DNA of 64,000 nt from Basidiobolus meristosporus CBS 931.73 (taxonomy: Eukaryota > Fungi > Basidiobolomycota): NCBI GenBank assembly GCA_002104905.1, contig MCFE01000289.1:1-64000 (forward strand). The letters run 5' to 3'. How positions within the stretch are numbered: the first letter of the stretch is position 1; every line of letters begins with the position of its first letter. Shown in pieces: positions 57,701 through 64,000 of the stretch. The notes beneath the pieces were generated by a model, which was not told the origin of the DNA, ran no database searches, and was given only the letters and a program-made list of their open reading frames with translations. The position numbers and the translations under genes were made by a program.

Positions 57701-59043
57701 GCCCATACTGTCATAGGCTCTTGAGGTAGCTGCTTCTTTTTATCACTGCTAGGTTCTTAACTGCTACTTTGACTGAGTGCTACTTGAGTAGAATCACAAT
57801 TTTTCCTTGGTGAATGTTGCTCTGGTGCATCTGTGTCTGCATGCTTTCCCTTATTTGGGCTCTTCTGGTTACCCAATGACCCTTTGACACTTGTTTGGAG
57901 CTTTTGGCCATGCTGTAATGGGCTCTAGTGGAAGCCGCTGGTTTTTAGCCATAGATCCCTTGTTCTTCCACCTTTGTTAGTTTCTGCTATTCTTGAGATA
58001 CCTTCTTAGCACACCAGTCCTGGCCCAAAATCCATTTGCTTGTTTGAGTCCAGGATTATGCTCATGGCAAGACTAAAGCACATTCTGCTAGGCCTTGAGG
58101 TCCTGATAGTTGCATGGTATGCTGGCCTTAAGTTGTTGGCATGCTAGACTTCTAATGGCCTCTTGAATATTAGCCCACTCCCTATGAGAAATTATTGTAA
58201 TGATCCCATCAAAAGGCCATCACAATGCTAAAGTCTCAAGACAAAGTGGTACTGATCCCTTCAGGACACCATCTAAAGACCATTGAAAAATAACTGCACC
58301 CCAGATCTCACAAAACACTTAGTCAAAATTCTTTGTCACAACAATGTATCAGTGGTTTTTGATTGGTTCCCTGCCAATTTGCTCACTTTTTGATCCCAGA
58401 CACTCTATCACCTCCTACATTTGTGCACATTAATTGACTATTACCTTGTTTTCACACTCCTTACTTCCTGACTCAACTGTTTCTCTTACTTTTCATACAT
58501 ACAAATTGATTTACTTCAGTTGAAGCTCAGTTGTACTTCAATTGCCAATTGTATTGACCTATACAAGTCCCTATACCCTACACTAACATTGAGCCCAACC
58601 CCACACTCAACAAGTAACGCCATTAAAATCCACCACTCAATAAGTATTTCTGCTGTAATGCTCTGGTTCCACAACTTTGGTGGGAACTAAATGGCTTTAT
58701 GCCACTGTTCATTCACTGGTTCCTGCATGTCCTGTTCTTCAGCTAGCCCTGCAAGGTCTAGCACCTCATCTGCCAGTTTTTGTAATAAATCCTTGCAATA
58801 TTTCAGTGAGTTTTCTTGAGCACTGCTCTTGAAGAAGTGCTGCAACCTCTTGGTGTGCCTATTGATATTCCAAAACTCCACTGAAGGCATTGTAATAGTC
58901 TTTTGAGCTCTTGACATTGTAGCCTTGTCTTTCAGTGAGATCCCCACTCTGTCAACAAAGGAGGATGCAGAGGCTGTGATAGAAGAATTGCCTTTTTCTG
59001 CAAACTCATCTACCTTGCTGGAGTGTAGCTCAACTGGCTGCGC

Positions 59044-60114
59044 TGTGGTGGTGTATAGGTCCAAGGGAGAGATACGTCCAACACTTCTCAAGTGTTTTGT
59101 GTGTGGGGTGTTCACTGGGTGCGATAACCTCTGGCAAAAGCTTGCTAGGAATACTTGGGTTCTGTCTCTAATCTAATGTGAAGGGGAATAAAGCCACAAG
59201 CTTGTCAAGGGAAAACTATTGAGCTACAATCCCCAACTTAGTTGGCGTCTTAACAAAAGTATGTGCTGGGTTCAGCATCCTTTGAGATGACAATGTACTA
59301 AAACTTCAAAAGTCAAAACAACTGTAAACTCCACCAGCAGGGACTTGATAAGAATACAGCTTTGGTCAATAGTTACAAAGACAGAAAAGTATCTTTGCCT
59401 GTACAAGAACAAACTTGGGAAAGAATCAAATATAATAAAAGATACCTACTCTGAGTATTCCTCACAAGTAGTGCCTCCAAGGTCAGTTGGCTGTCAGCGC
59501 GGTTTCCTGGGAGTGTCCTGTGGTCTAGGGTTGGAAGTTCAGGTAGCAGCAGGTAGCAGTGATCACACTAATCAACAAGTTGGTATATTGATAAAAGGGA
59601 TGATGATTTATTGTTGAGGGATAGCCTCCCTTATATACTTTTCTCACTGGCTAAGTGATTACTAATCATGGTGTTCCAGAAGGTTCCGGAGATCAATAGA
59701 AATCTTAATGACATCAGAATGACCTAAGAATGTTCTAAGTAGGTGCCAGAAGGTTCTAAGAGGCACAGCACATCCAACCAATCAGGAATCAGTATTCTGA
59801 AACCTGTGTAACATGGGGATACCATATATGGTATGGAAATGGTAGGGATGGTGACACGGGCTGATCATGTGTCACGGGTACTGGCGCGGGTACTTGCCTA
59901 ATATAGAAGTACTTATAGCTAGTAATCTTACATAAAGTGAGGGGTAACTTATGTAATAAGGTATGCAGGTGTGATAGTCAACCGGCTTATGGGATAGTAC
60001 TGATTGGGTAAGACAAATGGGATAAAACCAAAATAAGTGTAGTAGAGATATAGGGAAGTAGAAAATAAGGGAATGAGCACATCTGTCAGTGGGTGTCACT
60101 GTCACCCCACTACA
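59044..60114. mobile_element. Outer solo LTR (about 360 bp net), 4-bp TSD GCGC/GCAC, interrupted by a nested LTR
   Basis: TGTGGTGG...CCACTACA termini. Removing it rejoins CAACTGGCTGCGC|TCCCAACTCTTGTGAG, matching the sibling repeat unit at 57358. Confidence 0.7.
59109..59813 (-). mobile_element. Nested solo LTR (705 bp), TSD TGGGG
   Basis: TGTT...AACA termini. Flanks 59104-59108 and 59814-59818 are both TGGGG. TATA-like and AATAAA-like motifs on the minus strand. Right half homologous to 63680-63956. Confidence 0.75.
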
Positions 60115-61929
60115 GCACTCCCAACTCTTGTGAGAACAGCTGTTTTCTTGTTGGTAATTCTTCTTGGCTATGATGGGATTCAGTCTGTTCCAGGCTTGCG
60201 GCATTAATTGGCAAGAACTACAGTTTTTTTTGAATGCCTCCCTGTCTCAGGCTTGGGTAGACATTTTTCCCTTTACCTTTTCCTTTATCACTGCCAGGTC
60301 TTTCACTGCTACTTTGTCTGAGTGCTTCTTGTATTGAACTATGTTTTCTCCTTGATAAATTCTGCTCTGACACATCTGTTTTGGCCTGCTTGTCCCTTAC
60401 TGGCTCTCTTCCGGCAACCTGACATTTCTTTTCTTCTTATTTTGAGCTCTCAACCATAGTTATGACAGACTCCTGTAAAAGCTGCTAGTTTTTATCACTG
60501 CCAGGTCCTTCACTGCTACTTTGATTGGGTGCTTCTTGAGTGGTACTATGCTTTTTCCTTGATAAATGCTGTGCTGGTGCATCTGTGTCTGCCTGCTTGT
60601 CCCTAATTGGCACTCTTCCAGCTACATGACATCTTTTTGATGCTTGTCTGGAGCTTTTGGCCCTGCTTGTAATGGGCTCTAGTTGAAGCTGCTGGCTTTT
60701 AGCCATGGAACCCTTGTTCTTCCACCTTTCATAGTTTCTGCTATTCTTAAGATTCTTTCTTAGCATACCAATGCTGGCCCAAAATCCATTTGCCTGTTTG
60801 AATCCAGGAAAATGCTCATGGAACAAGTCAAGTGCATTCTGCTTGGCCTTGAGTTCCTGATGGTCACATGGTATACTGGCCTTAAGGTGATGACATGCTA
60901 AACCTCTCATAGCTTCTTGAATATTAGCCCACTCTTCATTACTGCACTCAATGGCTTCACAGATCTTCAATGTCTTTTGATTTTTAGGCTTTGGTATAAA
61001 CACCACATTGTCTCCTTCCCACACTGTGATAGGTTTTTCTGTGGGCTTTATCTTTGGGCACTGTTGTTGTGCTTCAAAGACTGCATGGCTTTCCTCTGCT
61101 GTTACATTTGGGAAATGGCTCAATTCATAGCTGTGACATTAAGCTACTTGAGTTCCTTCTTTCCAGCAAAGATACTGCTTTCTCTACCTGGGATATTGAT
61201 TGCTCTATAACTTTTATCTGCTCATCCTGTTGCTGGACTATTTCCTGGTTTCTCTGGGCCATTGCATCTATCCTATTTGCCACTGCACCTAATTGCTTCA
61301 TTAATGCTTAAGTGTGAGCTGACAACATACTTGCTAATATGGGTGGTGGTGATGTTATGACAGGCACTTGATGGTCTTCAATTGAGGGTACTGCATTTGC
61401 TACATTCTCATCTGCCAGAGCATAACAGTCAGCTTGTGGCTCTGCAGAGATTTTCAATTGCCTACTTGACTGAGAGCCTGAGGAGTACGCATTATTATCT
61501 TCAATGGGCACCCTGTCCACAGGGCCTTTTTTGGATGTAGCCCTGCTTATTGCACTGAATATCAAAGCAAGCTGTTGTCCAACTGTTCTTCTGTTGCCAT
61601 CAGCAGTGGGGTTTGGTTGGAAACCAGATGACTTTGCTTTATTTTTTGGTGGCATATATATGAAAGTGAGTCAAACTAAAGGGGAGATAGTGTTGCATAT
61701 ACATGTGTATGTGGTGCCACAACTTTATTTATAATGCTTACTATGGCAGGTCATCATTAAATCTTACATTCAAGTAGGTGCAATGTCTCAAACACAAGAC
61801 TGTCTTAAGTTCACATGAGTGTTGACCAAAAAGTGATATAATAGCATTACATTGTTAAAGGTCAAGCTGTTTAACACATAGACAAGACTACTTTGACTTA
61901 ATGCCATAAGAGAAGAGAAAAAAGACCAT

Positions 61930-63460
61930 GTGGCTATTGTAGCAAGCCACTCAGCCATGAAGCACACAAACAGTATAGGAAGTATTACAAGGATCATGGC
62001 CAGTGTTTTGCCACACAATTCATATTTGGCCATTCATTGGTCACTACTGTACCAACATTATCTTGCCAGCCAGTTGATACTTCTATATCAGCACCTGGCC
62101 GTCTTTGTCACCATGTGCAAACTGAGTCAGGTGAGTTTGTGATGCCATTAGGCTCACCCCAGCCTTCTGATTATGGCACACAGAGTTATATCACTAAAGT
62201 AGCAGTCTCCATGATGGACTGTGAGCCTATCTTCCCTAACAACAGTACTCTGCATGAGCCTGCAAAATCCCATTATGCAATGAGTCAACACCTGTGGAAA
62301 AAAATGCTGAGGATACTCAATGGAGTCAAGTGAGCCCGGTATTTCACCTATTGGTGAATGATATGATGACATGACTGAAGAAGTGGTGTGTTTCCACTGA
62401 TATTAGTAATGGGGGCTTTGAGGATTTACTACTACTGCTTGCCAAAATCATCCCTGGATGCAACCTATTATGTACATGGTATAAATGGACAATCATCATG
62501 CAACTGGCAACATATGACCCAGAGACCATCTTGCTACCAGCATGTGTCAATAGTTGTATGATATTCACATTGGAAAATGCCACCATTGCAAGGTATCCAA
62601 CCTGTCAGGAATCCACCACCATTGGCAAAAACATTGCTTGCACTCCAGATATATTGCAGTAATACCAAGTCTAAAGAAGCTCATGCTGTCCAACAAATAT
62701 TGTGAAGCTATAAAGTACCACACTCAGTATCAATCAAGCACAAACATATCCAATACATTTGATAGTGAACATTACAAACAGCTAAGGAGCAAGGGCTACT
62801 TTGAAGATATGTACAACATGTTATGAATAGACACAAGGCAGGAGGAAAAGCTAGGCATGGCAGGAAAGGACTTAGGTGTGGATCATCAAGGCAAGGCAGG
62901 ATTCAAGGCAAGGCTGTTTATTCAAGACCTGTGTTTATCAGACTGAGGAATACTTAAGGGGGGATAGGACTATATATACTTTTTGGCTATACTGATGCCG
63001 AGAGATATTAGCTAATACTAATGAGGTTGTGGGGTGAGGCACAGCAATGGTGCTGGGGATAATGACATAGATGACACGGCACTGAGACAGGATGGGGAAA
63101 TGGATTGGGTCACCTGATCATGTGACTAAGTCATGTGACCTGGTATTTCCATATATGGTACTGGACTATGAAAAATATGATGGAAAGCTTCCATGGAATG
63201 TTCCATTGTGCAACAATGGTTTGGAATGGTCAGGAACTTTCCGGAAGGTGGTAGAAGGTTCCAGAAGGAATCTCTTAGAAATTGAGCTAGGAAGCTGAAA
63301 CTTGGCATGGGTGTTCATGGTTGTCATGTGATCATGACACAACATGCCTTTGCCTTGGCACTTGATGGATTCTCCAATAACAAGTACACCACCAGCAAAT
63401 CCTGCTGGCCGCTGATTCTAATCAACCTGAATCTGCTGCCTATCTTAAGGTATAATGGTG
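61930..63460 (+). pseudogene. Decayed CACTA/EnSpm (CMC) transposase, Transposase_21 type, interrupted by a solo LTR
   Basis: Broken frames give CVNSCMIFTLENATIARYPTCQES, YIAVIPSLKKLM, FDSEHYKQLRSKGYFED and, after the LTR, FALALDGFSNNKYTTSKSCWPLILINLNLLPILRY. 5' boundary approximate. Confidence 0.8.
62819..63339. mobile_element. Solo LTR (521 bp), TSD CAACA, inserted in the CACTA transposase
   Basis: TGTTATGA...TCATGACA termini. Flanks 62814-62818 and 63340-63344 are both CAACA. Confidence 0.85.
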
Positions 63461-63505
63461 TAGAGGTACTCCTGGGAGAAGCTACACAACTCAAGGTGTG
63501 TGAGA

Positions 63506-63956
63506 TGTCTGATGGGTGCAATAACCTTTGCGTCCAAACTGCTGGTGTCTTTGTCAATATGTCACTACAGTAAAAGCTCCTACTTCTCTAGCTTCCTAGG
63601 GGCTCCAAGTGTCTCCAAAGGCCTCTGTGTATCTTGTGCACTACCCTGAAAAGCTCCTTGATAGCAGGTCTGAGATGTACTGTTGAAGGTAGCTGCAGTG
63701 ATCAACTGCTAATCAATAAGGGAGAAGTGTTACTGATAGAAGGGATGATTTATTGATGAGGGATTGCCTTGCCTTAAATACTTCTCCTGATTGCCAAGTG
63801 ATTACTGATGACAAGGTTCTAAAAGATTCCAGGCATCAGTGGAATTCTTGATGACATCACTGTGAGCTAAGAATATTCCAAGAATGTCCTGGAAGGTTCT
63901 AAAAGGCACAGCACATCCAACCAATCAGGGATCAGTAGTCTGAAACCTGTGCAACA
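63506..63956 (-). mobile_element. LTR related to 59109-59813 (shorter variant)
   Basis: Shared ends TGT...GGGTGC(A/G)ATAACCT and AGGCACAGCACATCCAACCAATCAGG...CTGAAACCTGTG.AACA. No clean TSD. Confidence 0.65.
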
Positions 63957-64000
63957 TAGAGATAAGACTTGTTCCGCTGGATAGTGCCCCATTGAGCCAT

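Larger units (their letters stand above)
55580..61655 (-). repeat. Three tandem decayed copies of a transposon accessory ORF (units anchored at about 55775, 57263, 58940), CpG-depleted
   Basis: Repeated blocks G(G/A)GATC(T/C)CCACTCTGT...GGAGGATG, CTCTTGTGA(A/G)AA...TTCTTCTTGGC and GGCCCAAAATC. Shared peptides ...VDRVEI/VGI...MP(T/S)VEFWN. Best-preserved ORFs 60485..61123 and 61308..61655. Confidence 0.8.

Noticed and set aside
63457-63505. Possible TAGAG TSD extending the last LTR leftwards
   Set aside because: It would give a non-TG terminus. Homology to the 59109 LTR starts at 63506, where the flanks do not match.
1-64000. CRISPR arrays, rRNA or tRNA genes
   Set aside because: No repeat-spacer arrays or recognisable structural RNA genes seen. 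The tRNA-like 12-mers are retroelement PBS sequences.

Overview
Eukaryotic, intron-rich fungal genomic DNA, probably from an early-diverging lineage (Mucoromycota/Zoopagomycota-like). This is inferred from short GT-AG introns with CTAAC branch sites and from presenilin, SNAPC1, COA8 and GSKIP-like genes that budding yeast lacks. The window has three zones. (1) About 1-17.5 kb is a CpG-depleted transposon nest. It holds two decayed LINEs, Copia remnants, a solo LTR, a complete 3.3-kb LTR element with no gag/pol but a decayed unknown ORF, and an intact, very young Ty1/Copia element with LTRs identical except for one T and a half-tRNA-iMet PBS. (2) About 19-55 kb is a compact, CpG-normal block of about 20 genes: GH20 hexosaminidase, SAP-domain TKL kinase, GSKIP-like, P5B ATPase, RPS16, CCT6, PPR protein, VTI1, COA8, DHHC palmitoyltransferase, SNAPC1, O-fucosyltransferase-like, rhomboid, alanine aminotransferase, RPL1, RPC11, a zf-MYND-presenilin fusion, a hypothetical gene and an AAAP amino-acid transporter. 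(3) About 55.6-64 kb is a second CpG-depleted block: a decayed CACTA/EnSpm transposase, a divergent accessory ORF present as three tandem copies, and several LTRs, two of them nested. Highlights are the MYND-presenilin fusion, the non-autonomous cargo LTR element beside its probable helper Copia, the TKL kinase with a WNK-type displaced lysine, and a PPR protein whose repeats all carry plant-type RNA-code residues. All exon structures were inferred by eye.
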